Counted from the stretch's first letter, positions 21,052-31,501 are shown. The stretch: 64,000 nucleotides of DNA from an uncultured Phycisphaerales bacterium (GCA_963758525.1 CAVWVQ010000001.1:128001-192000); one strand, 5' to 3'. The notes: generated by a model from the sequence alone, not told the origin. Program-made: numbers and translations.

Positions 21052-22740
21052 ATGGCAATCAGCGACACGATCAAAATGGGACTCATTCGCGCTCCGCATC
21101 GCAGTCTGTTGCGGGCGACGGGTGTGATTCAGAGCGACGCGGATTTCAAGAAACCATTTATCGCGGTTTGCAATTCGTTTGTGCAGATCATCCCCGGACA
21201 CGCGCATCTCGACGTGGTCGGCAAGAAGGTGCGCGAAGCGGTTCGGGCGGCGGGGGGCGTGCCGTTCGAATTCAATACGATCGGCGTCGACGACGGCATC
21301 GCCATGGGACATGGGGGGATGAAATATTCCCTTCCCAGCCGGGAAATCATCGCCGATTCGGTCGAGACGATGCTCCGTGCTCATTGCTTTGACGGCGTAG
21401 TCTGCATTCCCAACTGCGACAAGATCGTGCCGGGAATGATGATGGGGGCGGCCCGTTGCAACATCCCGGCTGTCTTCGTCTCCGGCGGGCCGATGATGGC
21501 GGGCGTCGCCCCGGGAACCGGAAAAGCGATCGACCTGATCTCTGTGTTCGAAGGTGTCGGCCAGGTCTCCGCCGGGAAGATGACCGAGCGCGAGTTGACC
21601 GAACTGGAAACCCACGCCTGCCCAACCTGCGGCTCCTGCTCCGGCATGTTCACCGCCAACAGCATGAACTGCCTCTGCGAGGCCCTGGGCTTGGCGCTGC
21701 CGGGCAATGGATCGATCCTGGCGGTCGATCCGCGACGCGATCAATTGTTCCGCGACGCGGGCATCGCAATTGTGGATCTCGTCAAGAGGAACATCCGCCC
21801 CAGCGACATTCTCACCCAAAAATCTTTCGAGAATGCGTTCGCGCTCGACATGGCCATGGGTGGATCGACCAATACCGTGCTCCACGCGCTGGCGGTCGCG
21901 ATCGAAGCCGGCTGTCCGTTTGATCTGGCGAAGCTCAACGAGGTGGCGGAGCGCGTGCCGCACGTCTGCAAGGTCTCCCCGGCCGGCAAGCATCACATGC
22001 AGGACGTCGACCGCGCCGGCGGGATCAGCGCGATCCTCAAGACCATTGCGGGCAAAAAGGGGACGCTGCATCTCGACTGCATCACCGTGACGGGCAAGAC
22101 GCTTGGCGAGAATATCGGCGATGCGATCGTGAAAGACGCCGACGTGATCCGCCCGCTCGACAACGTCTACAGCGAGAAGGGCGGCCTGGCGATTTTGTTC
22201 GGCAACCTCGCACCAAAAGGATCGGTCGTGAAGACCGCGGGAGTGCAGCCGGCGATGATGAAGCATCGCGGCCCAGCCGTCATCTTCGAGAGCGAAGAAT
22301 CCGCCGCCAAGGGAATCCTCGCGGGACTGGTGAAGAAGGACGACGTGGTGGTGATTCGCTACGAGGGCCCGCGCGGCGGACCGGGCATGCAGGAAATGCT
22401 CGCCCCCACCTCCAACATCATGGGCCGCGGCCTGGGAGAATCGGTCGCGCTGATCACCGACGGCAGATTTTCCGGCGGAACCCGCGGCGCCTGCATCGGC
22501 CACGTAAGCCCCGAAGCCGCCGCGGGCGGGCCGATCGCATTCGTCGAGCCTGGCGACATGATCGTGGTCGACATTCCCAATCGGCGGATCGACCTCGACG
22601 TGCCGGAAGATGTGATTGCCAAACGCAAGGCCGCGTGGCGTCCGCATCCGCCGAAGATCACGTACGGTTACCTCGCGCGATACGCGTCGATGGTGACCAG
22701 TGCGGACACCGGCGCGGTATTCAAGAAGCCGGAGTTGTAG
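21052..22740 (+). CDS. ilvD: Dihydroxy-acid dehydratase
   Basis: [40 protein letters not shown] at 21023. Confidence 0.97.
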   Translation: MAISDTIKMGLIRAPHRSLLRATGVIQSDADFKKPFIAVCNSFVQIIPGHAHLDVVGKKVREAVRAAGGVPFEFNTIGVDDGIAMGHGGMKYSLPSREIIADSVETMLRAHCFDGVVCIPNCDKIVPGMMMGAARCNIPAVFVSGGPMMAGVAPGTGKAIDLISVFEGVGQVSAGKMTERELTELETHACPTCGSCSGMFTANSMNCLCEALGLALPGNGSILAVDPRRDQLFRDAGIAIVDLVKRNIRPSDILTQKSFENAFALDMAMGGSTNTVLHALAVAIEAGCPFDLAKLNEVAERVPHVCKVSPAGKHHMQDVDRAGGISAILKTIAGKKGTLHLDCITVTGKTLGENIGDAIVKDADVIRPLDNVYSEKGGLAILFGNLAPKGSVVKTAGVQPAMMKHRGPAVIFESEESAAKGILAGLVKKDDVVVIRYEGPRGGPGMQEMLAPTSNIMGRGLGESVALITDGRFSGGTRGACIGHVSPEAAAGGPIAFVEPGDMIVVDIPNRRIDLDVPEDVIAKRKAAWRPHPPKITYGYLARYASMVTSADTGAVFKKPEL

Positions 22741-22764
22741 ACGATCAGTTCGGGAGGCCATCGC

Positions 22765-23013
22765 ATGACGTTACAAACCCTCAAGATTTCCGGCCGGGAA
22801 TTTGTCCTGTTGCCCAAGCGGGATTTTCAGAGGTTGGCCGCGCAAGCGGAGAAGCAGTCAGAGGATGACTATTGGACGCAAGCTGCCCTCGCGACTGAGG
22901 CCGAGGCGCGGTTCAAACGGGAAAAGCCGATTCCATTTGAGCAAGTGGAGCGAGAATTGGACGCGCTCCGGAAGCGCACGCCACGCAAGCGGAGCGGCCG
23001 GGAGCGCAGGTGA
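22765..23013 (+). CDS. Putative type II antitoxin
   Basis: GREFVLLP..DF N-terminus, IPFEQV..EL C-terminus; GGAGG RBS; overlaps toxin start. Confidence 0.55.
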   Translation: MTLQTLKISGREFVLLPKRDFQRLAAQAEKQSEDDYWTQAALATEAEARFKREKPIPFEQVERELDALRKRTPRKRSGRERR

Positions 23014-23177
23014 TTCAGCGCACGACATGGCACGTGGAAATGCTGCCCGCCGCACGCAAGGAACTTCTGGCACTTCGCAATCCAACTCAAAACCGGATCC
23101 GGGGCGCGCCAGCGTGCACTCGCCATGATCGCACAAACGGTTTGCAACGCGATCGAGAGTTCCATTTTTCACTGTGA
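23010..23177 (+). pseudogene. Truncated RelE/ParE-family toxin
   Basis: GTG overlapping antitoxin stop; WHVEMLPAARKELLAL...QNRI then loses similarity; 55 aa. Confidence 0.5.
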
Positions 23178-23268
23178 ACAACCCTCTCGGCTCTGAACTC
23201 GGAGCCATAGCCGAGACGGCTCTGCTACGAGCAAATACAGCGGCGAAAAATGGAGCGGCTTGAACGAA

Positions 23269-24258
23269 TTATGGCTTCGGCGCATCGGCTCGCTGCTCCG
23301 CCCGATCCTTGGCCGTTCCAGAGAGTGCCGGCATCGCCTGTCGATAGAGTTCTGCCGCGTGCAGGCGGGCGCGGTCAGATGCCCGCCCGCTGACGGATGG
23401 CGCGTAATCCCACCACCCATCAGCCGCGGACGCGATTGAGTTTGCATCGCGGGCTTCGAGTTCCTGCTCCGCCAAGGCTTTCAGCTTTGGATCCGACCCC
23501 TTTGCCAGGTACGGCAGCCCCTGCGGCCACAATTCCCGCACGAAACACGCGTATTTTCCGACCAGCAAATTCGCCTTCCCATCCTCGGGGTGCAGCTTCA
23601 CGCGGTCCATCGCGGCGAGCACCGCCTTCTGCTCGCGCACAGCGTCCATGATCGCCACGTGCTCCTCTTTCACCAACTGCTTCAACGTCGGGTCACGCTG
23701 CTGATCGGCAAGCATGCTCGCCAGGGAGTAGGCCTTATTCGCCAGGTCGACTTCGCCCGTTGACAGAGCGGCATCGGCAACCTTCAGGTATTTGTCGATT
23801 AGTTGCGACGCCGGAAGCGTGGATTTGTCGATCATTGCCGACATTGCGGAAGCCTTGAGCTCGCGCGCGTCGATGACGAACAGCCTGTTCATGTCGTCGA
23901 TCGCGCCGAAGGCGGCGTCGAGGTCGCCGGCATCGACCGCCAGCTCGCGCGCCTCGCGCAGCATGACGAAGCGCGTCGGCGGATCGTCGGCAAATTGATC
24001 GATCTCATCACGCAATTTGCGGGAAAGTGCCAGTTGATCGGCCGGGTCGTGCTGCGCGAATTCTCTTTTGTAGTGTTCGCGGACGAAATGTTCGGACTTG
24101 GATTGGGCGGCGAATTTCGGAATCGGATTTTTCGCGGTCTCTTGAGCCTGTCCCGATGTCGCAAAAATCAGAATAAAGGCCAGAGTCGCCGGGACGCTCG
24201 CGCATTTGATTCTGATTTCGGATTTCGTCCCCGTGCGCCGGGATCTTCGACATTCCAA
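23269..24258 (-). CDS. Secreted helical hypothetical protein (start uncertain)
   Basis: Signal-like segment; GKYACFV..WPQGLPYLAKGSD..LKALA..AADGWWD pattern seen in planctomycete proteins. Confidence 0.65.
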   Translation of the reverse strand: MECRRSRRTGTKSEIRIKCASVPATLAFILIFATSGQAQETAKNPIPKFAAQSKSEHFVREHYKREFAQHDPADQLALSRKLRDEIDQFADDPPTRFVMLREARELAVDAGDLDAAFGAIDDMNRLFVIDARELKASAMSAMIDKSTLPASQLIDKYLKVADAALSTGEVDLANKAYSLASMLADQQRDPTLKQLVKEEHVAIMDAVREQKAVLAAMDRVKLHPEDGKANLLVGKYACFVRELWPQGLPYLAKGSDPKLKALAEQELEARDANSIASAADGWWDYAPSVSGRASDRARLHAAELYRQAMPALSGTAKDRAEQRADAPKP

Positions 24259-24283
24259 CTTCCCCTTTGGCGAAGCGAAAGGG

Positions 24284-25594
24284 TCACAGGTCTTTGTCCT
24301 TGTCTGCCGGTTGCGTCGCTGGCTGCGTTGTCGGCTGAAAGTTTTCCTCCTTCATCATCTTGCGGAGCTTATCAAACGCCTGCTTCTTCATCGCATCGAT
24401 ATATTGCCGAAGATCAGGCGGACACTCGCGCTCTCGGAGAAAGAGCTGTATCCCATTTGGGAGTTGTATCGTGCCGATCGCGGGATCGCTCTTCGCGGAG
24501 GTGGTGGTCCCCGGATCGGGGGACTGATTCCAGATATAGACCTCGCCGCCTTTGATGACGTATCCCAAGCCGGTGAAGCCCGCGAGGCTCTCCAGCGCCT
24601 GCCGCACGGTCGCGTTATCGAGCACCAGCCGGACGGTGCGAAACTCCGGCGGCACGCGCTGCACGGCGCCCGGCTCGATCTCAAAGTGCACGCCGGCCAG
24701 TTGCGAGAGCTCCTGCAGCACCTGCGTGACGTCCTCGCCATTGAAGCGCGTGTCGATCGTCTTGAGCAACTGGTTGCGCACCTGCGTTTCTTTGGGAATG
24801 ATCAGAATGCTTCTTCCCCAGGGGTACCAGGTGGCGTCGGTGTCCTTATCCAGTGACTCCAGAGCCTCAGCCATCGTGGAGCCGCGCGGAACGGTCACGA
24901 CTGCGGTCGGCTTCAGCAGATCGCCGGGGCGAAACTCGATGGCGAAGGGGCTCTTGAGCTCCAGCAGCTTCTGATCGACCGCGTCAACCACCTGCTGCAT
25001 CGTCACTCGATCGCTCGAAAGACCCAGGTCGGTGCGGCTGAGAAGATCGAGCACTTCCAATTCCTGGACGGTAGAGCGGCGTCCGAGCCGTGCCAGGGCC
25101 GGCATCGGTTCGATGCGCACGGCCTCGGGAGCAAGCTCGAACGTCAATCCCAGCCGCCCGGTAATCGCGGTCAACGCCTGGCGGAGCGTCTGATTCTCGA
25201 TGCGGGCGGAAACATTGGTTTGTTCTCCCCACGGGAGCAGATTGTAAACGTCCGGATCCGGACGCAGCGGAACACCGGTTTTGTCTTCGATCGTTTTGAG
25301 CACCTGAGGCAGCACGCCCTCCACCTGGAGCTGCACGAGCTTGTCGAGTTCCTGATTGATCAGTGCGGAAGTGTCGGCGGTGCGCAGCGCAGGAGCAGCT
25401 AAAAACAATAGGATAAGAGCCGCGAAGACGCCCGTGGCGGGCGTCTTCGCGGCTCTTCCTGTCGGCTGCACTGCGTTGCGGGGAGTTCTGTAACTATTGG
25501 AGATCGCTAAATCCGATTGCACTGATTGCTTCATGAACACTCCATCTGATGTCGACAACCAACGAAGTGTCGGCGCGACGCGGGCGGCGGTCAA
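24284..25594 (-). CDS. Exported protein with STN/secretin-N-like repeats
   Basis: Three repeats of L..VL..+....GV...+.L....+RQALE.+; TTQPATQPA tail. Confidence 0.65.
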   Translation of the reverse strand: MTAARVAPTLRWLSTSDGVFMKQSVQSDLAISNSYRTPRNAVQPTGRAAKTPATGVFAALILLFLAAPALRTADTSALINQELDKLVQLQVEGVLPQVLKTIEDKTGVPLRPDPDVYNLLPWGEQTNVSARIENQTLRQALTAITGRLGLTFELAPEAVRIEPMPALARLGRRSTVQELEVLDLLSRTDLGLSSDRVTMQQVVDAVDQKLLELKSPFAIEFRPGDLLKPTAVVTVPRGSTMAEALESLDKDTDATWYPWGRSILIIPKETQVRNQLLKTIDTRFNGEDVTQVLQELSQLAGVHFEIEPGAVQRVPPEFRTVRLVLDNATVRQALESLAGFTGLGYVIKGGEVYIWNQSPDPGTTTSAKSDPAIGTIQLPNGIQLFLRERECPPDLRQYIDAMKKQAFDKLRKMMKEENFQPTTQPATQPADKDKDL

Positions 25595-26172
25595 TATGGA
25601 AGCGATGACGCATCGGTCGACGTGGGCGGATTGATGCCGCTGGCGATCACAACACGTGCCTGGCGGGTCACCAGATCACTGGAATAGCGGGAGACTGCCG
25701 CAACGCCCAATTCTTGCGGGCCGGGGCCGACAGAAACGTCGGCGATGCCGTTTGGCGCTGCTTCGGCAACGGGGCCGGTGACGATCAGCACGGGCTTGGC
25801 GACGGCAACCTGTGGAATAGATGCCGGCGTCCGATGCGCGGACGACAAATAGACGCTGATTCCAATCCCCGTTGCGATGAGGAGCGATGCCGCCATCGCC
25901 ATCCGGGCGGGAAGCCATCGCGGCGCGAGTCGATACGACTGCGCCGGCTCCGATGCTTCCCCTACGCGGTCGGAGATGCAAGCCGCCAGCGCCTCCCAGT
26001 CAACTGCCTCCATCGGTGCCGATGCCGCGATCAGGAAATTCGTGAATTTGCGCTCGTCGGCCAGCATCCGGCGCGCGCTCTCATCGTCCGCGAGAAGTGC
26101 TTCCACGACAGCGCGGTCGGCATCGCTGATCGTGCCATCCACGTACTGCGAGATGAGATATTCCCGATCCAT
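25591..26172 (-). CDS. Anti-sigma factor
   Basis: LISQYVDG N-terminus, single TM after AMAAS; directly after ECF gene. Confidence 0.7.
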   Translation of the reverse strand: MDREYLISQYVDGTISDADRAVVEALLADDESARRMLADERKFTNFLIAASAPMEAVDWEALAACISDRVGEASEPAQSYRLAPRWLPARMAMAASLLIATGIGISVYLSSAHRTPASIPQVAVAKPVLIVTGPVAEAAPNGIADVSVGPGPQELGVAAVSRYSSDLVTRQARVVIASGINPPTSTDASSLPY

Positions 26173-26173
26173 G

Positions 26174-26788
26174 TCAAATCACGTCCTTCAACAATTCACG
26201 CAGTTTCTTTCGGCCCTGAAACACATGCCACTTCACCGCCTCCACACTGCAATTGAGCGTCTCGGCAACCTGCTTCTGCGGCATCTCTTCGATGGTAAAC
26301 ATCGTAATCGCCAGCCGCTGCTTCTCGGGCAGTTGCTGCAACGCCTGCTGCAGCCGCCGGCCCATCTCTTCGCTCTCCAGGCGATGAACCGGATCGCCCC
26401 CTCGCGCCATCCACTCGCTGCCCCCGGCATCCGAGGCGCTGCCGTCGGTCGGTCCCAGCAAATCATCCAGCGGCAACTGCGAGCGCGTCCTGCGGCTGCG
26501 GCGAAAATTCAGCGACAGGTTGGAAACGATCCGCATCAACCAGCCGCCAAACGCTTCGGGTTTTTGCAGCGTGTTCAGGCTCGTGAAGCCCTTGACGAAT
26601 GCTTCCTGCGTCACTTCCAGCGCGTCGTGTGAGTTGCCCAGGAGCCGATACGACACCGCAACCGCCTGCCGCTGGTAGCGGTTGATCAATTGATCAAACG
26701 CCTTGCGATCTCCAGCGAGCGTTCGGGCCACCAGCGCGCCGTCGCTTGGAAGCTGCTTTTCGGAAAGATCGCTCGGGCGCGGTTCCAT
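26174..26788 (-). CDS. ECF RNA polymerase sigma factor
   Basis: GDRKAFDQL, FGGWLMRI, LPEKQR, region 4 HTH. Confidence 0.92.
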   Translation of the reverse strand: MEPRPSDLSEKQLPSDGALVARTLAGDRKAFDQLINRYQRQAVAVSYRLLGNSHDALEVTQEAFVKGFTSLNTLQKPEAFGGWLMRIVSNLSLNFRRSRRTRSQLPLDDLLGPTDGSASDAGGSEWMARGGDPVHRLESEEMGRRLQQALQQLPEKQRLAITMFTIEEMPQKQVAETLNCSVEAVKWHVFQGRKKLRELLKDVI

Positions 26789-27023
26789 TCGGTAGACACT
26801 CTGACAGCAACCGGGGTTAGAGAAAATCCAACAATTTTAATTGTGATACGAAGCCCCGGCCCTGCTTTTCAGCCCGGAAGCGATGCAAGCCCTCATCCTA
26901 TCCCACATAAGTGCAAGATGTACAGTATGTTGCGGATGTATTGCGAGTGGTCCGTTTTCCGGACCTCCCGGCGGCGCGTGGGCAAGAAGCCCCTTCAAAA
27001 CTGGTAACGGCGCACTCACCTGT

Positions 27024-27130
27024 TTAGCCGCGACGCGCAGCGGAGCGTGTCCAGGGGCGCTTGCTAATAATATAGAGCGCGATTCGGCAGCACGCGCAAT
27101 GGGACACGCTTCGCTTCGCGGCGCGGCTAA
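27024..27130. repeat. REP-like inverted doublet (TTAGCCGCGAC family)
   Basis: TTAGCCGCGACGCGCAGCGGAGCG...CGCTTCGCTTCGCGGCGCGGCTAA. Confidence 0.75.
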
Positions 27131-27177
27131 CCGGGTCCTGAATTTAGCTTTAGACCGACCGATGTACCGCGAATGAA

Positions 27178-28020
27178 CTAACGCAGAGCAGGACCCGCAA
27201 GCCAGTCAATGGCGTTGACGAGATCAACGGCGCTTTGGCCCGCAACCGGGTCGTTGTGATCCGCCCCAAGCACCGTCACAACTTTCTTGGGCCCGCCGTA
27301 GGCCGCGACGACCATCTGCTGGTAGGGCGGGGGAACAATCGTATCCTTCTCGGCGAGAACGAAGACCGCCGGCACGTGAATCCGCGGGCCGTTCCGCAGG
27401 CTGTTGAGATCCGCAGGCACTCCCGACGCAACGGGGCCCGCAAGCAGCCACAGGTTCCACCATCCGTGGCGCTGCAGAATGAGCCGCTGCAACGGCGGTG
27501 GATTCTGGAGCAGCAGACCTGCCGCCGGTCGATGCGCGGCGACATACAGCGCCACGGTCGTTCCCAGGCTGCGCCCGCTCAAAAAGATCGGTCGCGAACC
27601 GGCGTGCTCCGCGAGCTGATCGTAAACCGCCAGCGCCGCCGGCGGGATTGACCCCAGCTTTGCCGGGCCGGTGCTTTGCCCGTACCCCGGATAATTCATC
27701 GACCAGACTTCGACGGCATGCCCCTGCCATTCGTCTGCCACCATCTCGGCTTCGATCTCGCCGCGCGATGCATTGCCGGTAAAATTGAGCACAAACCCGA
27801 CCGGCTCGCTGCCGGGCGCACTGCGCTCGGTCCAGACTTCCACCTTGCCGCCGGGCGCGGCAACCTGCACCGGCAGTTCACCGGCAATGTTGAGCGCCTG
27901 AGTGGACGGGTAGAGAATCAGCCGATCAGCACAACCGCCAAAGAGCATGAGCAATCCATACGCCGCAACAGCGGCGCACAACGTCACCCGCCCTCGCCGT
28001 CGCGACCCCGATGTTCGCAT
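27178..28020 (-). CDS. Alpha/beta hydrolase
   Basis: YPGYGQS, GRSLG nucleophile, D and H (GADHND) triad. Confidence 0.85.
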   Translation of the reverse strand: MRTSGSRRRGRVTLCAAVAAYGLLMLFGGCADRLILYPSTQALNIAGELPVQVAAPGGKVEVWTERSAPGSEPVGFVLNFTGNASRGEIEAEMVADEWQGHAVEVWSMNYPGYGQSTGPAKLGSIPPAALAVYDQLAEHAGSRPIFLSGRSLGTTVALYVAAHRPAAGLLLQNPPPLQRLILQRHGWWNLWLLAGPVASGVPADLNSLRNGPRIHVPAVFVLAEKDTIVPPPYQQMVVAAYGGPKKVVTVLGADHNDPVAGQSAVDLVNAIDWLAGPALR

Positions 28021-28136
28021 GCCAGGCTCTGTCTGAAAACCAGTTACTGGGATTCAAATCAAAACGTCCGCTGACCAACTTCGCCGGTCTTGCCGCTTGA
28101 GCGGCGAGCACTGCGCAAGATTCAATTCGATTCCGA

Positions 28137-28607
28137 TTACTCCGGCTGTCCCTTGCTCAGATCGTACACCCACGTCCGAACCGCCGGCTGCCAGTCGAGC
28201 AACTCGTCGGGCTTGAAGAACAAGCTCAATTCTCGCTGTGCGCTCTCAAGCGAATCGGAGCCATGAATCAGGTTGAACGTGTTGCTCACGCCAAAGTCTC
28301 CGCGAATGGTTCCCGGCTCGGCTTTGGAGCCAAACGTGGCGCCCATCATCTTGCGGCTGATGACAATCGCATCTTTCCCCGCCAGCGCGATCACCACCAC
28401 CGGAGAGCTGGTCATGAATTTCACCAGCCCCGGATAAAAAGGCTTGGCCTTGTGCGGCTCGTAGTGCATCTCCGCGAGGCTCTGCGGAATTTTCATGAAC
28501 TTGAGCCCCACGATCTCAAAGCCCTTCTTTTCGAAGCGGGTGAGAATCTCGCCGCAAAGCCCGCGCTGAACGGCGTCGGGTTTCAGAATGATGAGCGTTC
28601 GTTCCAC
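28137..28607 (-). CDS. ndk: Nucleoside diphosphate kinase
   Basis: ERTLIILKPDAVQR, PGTIRGDF, NLIHGSDS. Confidence 0.98.
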   Translation of the reverse strand: MERTLIILKPDAVQRGLCGEILTRFEKKGFEIVGLKFMKIPQSLAEMHYEPHKAKPFYPGLVKFMTSSPVVVIALAGKDAIVISRKMMGATFGSKAEPGTIRGDFGVSNTFNLIHGSDSLESAQRELSLFFKPDELLDWQPAVRTWVYDLSKGQPE

Positions 28608-29785
28608 GATGCTTGTCTCCTTCCAGAGGCATACTTCGATTCGTCTGCAAATCTACCGGCGGGATCGTAACCGCTGCCGGTCGTCGTTCCAAGATAAGGC
28701 GGTCGGCTCTGCTGGGCATCGCTTTCTCCATCTGGCCGATGCTTGGATCGCGCGGCTTGATACGCCTGCTGCACTTCGCAAGCGAATCGGCGCAGAGCGA
28801 CCTCAAGCCGCATTCGGAGGAATCGCCCTCTCGCGACGAGAAATGAAAACGCGAAGCCGTTGGAACCGCGGATTTCGCGGACGGGCGCGGACTCGTGGGG
28901 AAGCGGCTCTCCGAAAACCATCTCTTCGTGTAGCCGGTGGGCATGCCCGCCGTGTTCCCGCTCCCTGGGAACACAACGGAGAGCCGGATTTGCGAACATG
29001 CTCGCCGGCCACTGGGAGATTCCGCTGGCTCCGACCCTGCCGTCTTCCCGTGGGCCTTGAGACTTGGGCCTTTGTTGGCCATTGGGCCTTGGGCATTCAA
29101 CTTTCCTCTGACGCCCTGCACCAACGAATTGATACTGCAGAGTGAAGCGGAGCAGCTGCATGCAGCCGCTTTACAATCCAGAACAACGCGAGTGACCGCC
29201 GGGCGATCAACCCTCATCTGTCGCTCGGAATCAGCGGTTCGCTTTACACAACTTTACGGAATTTTACGCTTTGGAGCAGTGCGTAAATAATAAAACATTG
29301 CTTGCCTTATGAAAATAAATGGACATGCGCCTCCCGCTGATTCGGTGCTTGAATTCGTCTTCAAAGTAGATGTTCATTCGCTCCTGCCGTTGCTGGTACA
29401 CCCGGAACTCCCCCTCCACTTTCCACTCTCTACAACTCTCCTCTCTCGCGGAGCGTGGTGCAGGGGAGCCTATGAGAGAAGGCCGTCTCTCCCGTGCGGC
29501 CCTTTCCGCAGTCCGCATCTGCGGCCTCGCCGTCGATCTCCGGCTTTGCATTCGACCCGCGGATGGGGGACGCGTCCGGAAACCGGCATTAGTGTTCACG
29601 GTCTCGATTTATTTTTTGATTTTTTCTGATCGTAGCGACAAGTCATTTTTGTGAGGCTGAGAACATGAGAACCAATGAGCACCACCATCGGCCAAGCGTT
29701 CGTCATCGCTTTCCCCTCCCCGCATTATCGAGAATTGAATCGCGATTCGCACCGCACCGTTCATGCAATGCCGTCCAGCCGCCAA

Positions 29786-29896
29786 GGTTAGCCGCGACCC
29801 GCAGGGGAGCGCGTCCGGCGGACGTCGATGCTGAGCGACGTGCTTTCGGACGCGGCCGCGCAACTGGACGCGCTCCCCTTCGGGTCGCGGCTAACC
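29786..29896. repeat. REP-like inverted doublet (TTAGCCGCGAC family)
   Basis: GGTTAGCCGCGACCCGCAGGGGAGCGCGTCC...GGACGCGCTCCCCTTCGGGTCGCGGCTAACC. Confidence 0.8.
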
Positions 29897-29941
29897 GGTG
29901 TGGAAGCGCGTTGCCGCAGGCAGTGCTGCTCTGCGTATCTT

Positions 29942-31180
29942 TCATCGCCTCCTCCGTCGGGGCGTGCGTGCGTTGTTCGCTGGTTTGCCGCCGGCGCTTT
30001 CGGTCGCAAATTCGGCTTCGATTTGTTCGATGCTCGGCAGCGATCCCGCCAGTTGTTCCGGAAGCGATTCGATCAGCCTGGTCACGTACCGGGCCACGCC
30101 GACCGGCTTGGCGAGGTCGCGCAGGGCGTATTCGGCGATCGTCTTTTTCCGGGTTTTGCAGAGGATCAGCCCAATGGACGGCTTGTCGTCGGCGTGGCGC
30201 ATCTGGTCGTCGACCGCCGACAGGTAGAAATTCATCTTCCCGGCAAATTCAGGTTTGAACCCCTCGACTTTCAGATCGACCACGACGTAGCAGCGGAGGC
30301 GCAGGTGATAGAAGAGCAGATCGATGAAGAATTCTTCGCCGTCGACTTCGAGGCGCACCTGCTGGCCGACGAAGGAGAAGCCGGCGCCCAGTTCCAGCAG
30401 GAATTTGCGGATGTGGGCCAGCAACCCCTGTTCCAGTTCCCGCTCGGCGGCGTCGGTGGCCAGCGTGAAGAAGTCGAATTTGTAGGGATCCTTGATTAGT
30501 TGTTGGGCCAGATCGGACTGCGGCGCGGGCAGGGTTCTCTTGAAGTTATTGATCGACTTGCCCTGGCGCGTATACAAGCCGGAGTCGATCCAGTGCTCGA
30601 GCATTGATCGCGACCAGCCGTTCTCGATCGTCTGGCGGGCGTACCAGAGGCGTTGGACGGGATCAGTTAACTGAAAGATCAGGGCGATATTGTGGCCCCA
30701 CGGAATTTCCATCAGGACAGACGGCGGAAGCGATTCGGCTATTTTCGGCACAGGCTGTGCCGAAATTGGCGGCTGCATGTTCGGCACGGGCTGTGCCGAA
30801 ATTGCCGGCACATCGGCCCACGCCAGATGGAACGCGCGCATGCGCGAGATATTGGACGGAGAAAATCCCTCGATTCCGAGAAACGCCGTCCGAATGTCCT
30901 TGGCCAATCGGTTGATGACGCCCGCTCCCCAACCCTCCAGATGCTGTCTGGCCACGATGTCACGCCCGATGCTCCAGTACAAACCGATCATCTCGCGATT
31001 GACCGACAGTGACGCCTTGATCTGCGCTGTGCGGATCCGCGATTTGATATCTTCCAGAAGCGCTGGATATCCGCGCGGAAGGCCGGCAGCAGAGCTGCGG
31101 GCCAATTGTCCCGCAGGCTGCGGGACAATTGTTTTAGACGGTTGCCGCCGCGCCGTTTTCTTGGAGCTTTTTCGGGCCAT
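29942..31180 (-). CDS. DUF1016/YhcG PD-(D/E)XK nuclease domain protein
   Basis: VNREMIGLYWSIG, GWGAGVI, IPWGHN, KDPY.FDF, IDLLFYH, VDLK, GKMNFYL. Confidence 0.92.
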   Translation of the reverse strand: MARKSSKKTARRQPSKTIVPQPAGQLARSSAAGLPRGYPALLEDIKSRIRTAQIKASLSVNREMIGLYWSIGRDIVARQHLEGWGAGVINRLAKDIRTAFLGIEGFSPSNISRMRAFHLAWADVPAISAQPVPNMQPPISAQPVPKIAESLPPSVLMEIPWGHNIALIFQLTDPVQRLWYARQTIENGWSRSMLEHWIDSGLYTRQGKSINNFKRTLPAPQSDLAQQLIKDPYKFDFFTLATDAAERELEQGLLAHIRKFLLELGAGFSFVGQQVRLEVDGEEFFIDLLFYHLRLRCYVVVDLKVEGFKPEFAGKMNFYLSAVDDQMRHADDKPSIGLILCKTRKKTIAEYALRDLAKPVGVARYVTRLIESLPEQLAGSLPSIEQIEAEFATESAGGKPANNARTPRRRRR

Positions 31181-31243
31181 TATCGTCCCCTTTGTGTGGT
31201 TCGCGACCAGGGCAGAGGAAACAGATCGCACGCGAATTGTGAA

Positions 31244-31410
31244 TTCCCAGACGGCGTCTGGGAAATTGCCAGACGCTGTCTGGCAAATCTTTCCTCAAAT
31301 TTGCAGCGGGCTGCTGCAGATCCGCGATTGTCGTTCGCGCCGAGCATTTTTGCCACCGGCGGTGGAAAAATTGGAATCAGTGGCAATTCAGCAGACGCCG
31401 TCTGCTGAAT
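31244..31410. repeat. Array of five sequence-diverse 21-25 bp palindromes
   Basis: Units at 31244-31264, 31266-31286, 31299-31321, 31348-31370, 31386-31410. Confidence 0.8.
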
Positions 31411-31460
31411 GTGTGCGCATGACAACTGCCCGGTTCGCGCTGGAAATTGCCGAGCCGACA

Positions 31461-31501
31461 GCGCAATTGGACGCGCTCCCCTTCGGGTCGCGGCTAACCG
31501 G
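31461..31501. repeat. Single REP arm, direct repeat of 29858-29898
   Basis: GCGCAAYTGGACGCGCTCCCCTTCGGGTCGCGGCTAACCGG. Confidence 0.8.

Noticed and set aside
21022..22761. 579-aa minus ORF and similar long antisense ORFs (e.g. 30690..32477)
   Set aside because: High-GC shadows of recognised genes
28620..29780. Replication origin or c-di-GMP riboswitch
   Set aside because: No DnaA-box cluster and only partial riboswitch-like words
31244..31410. Palindrome array as CRISPR
   Set aside because: Units are not identical repeats and spacing is irregular; kept as a separate finding
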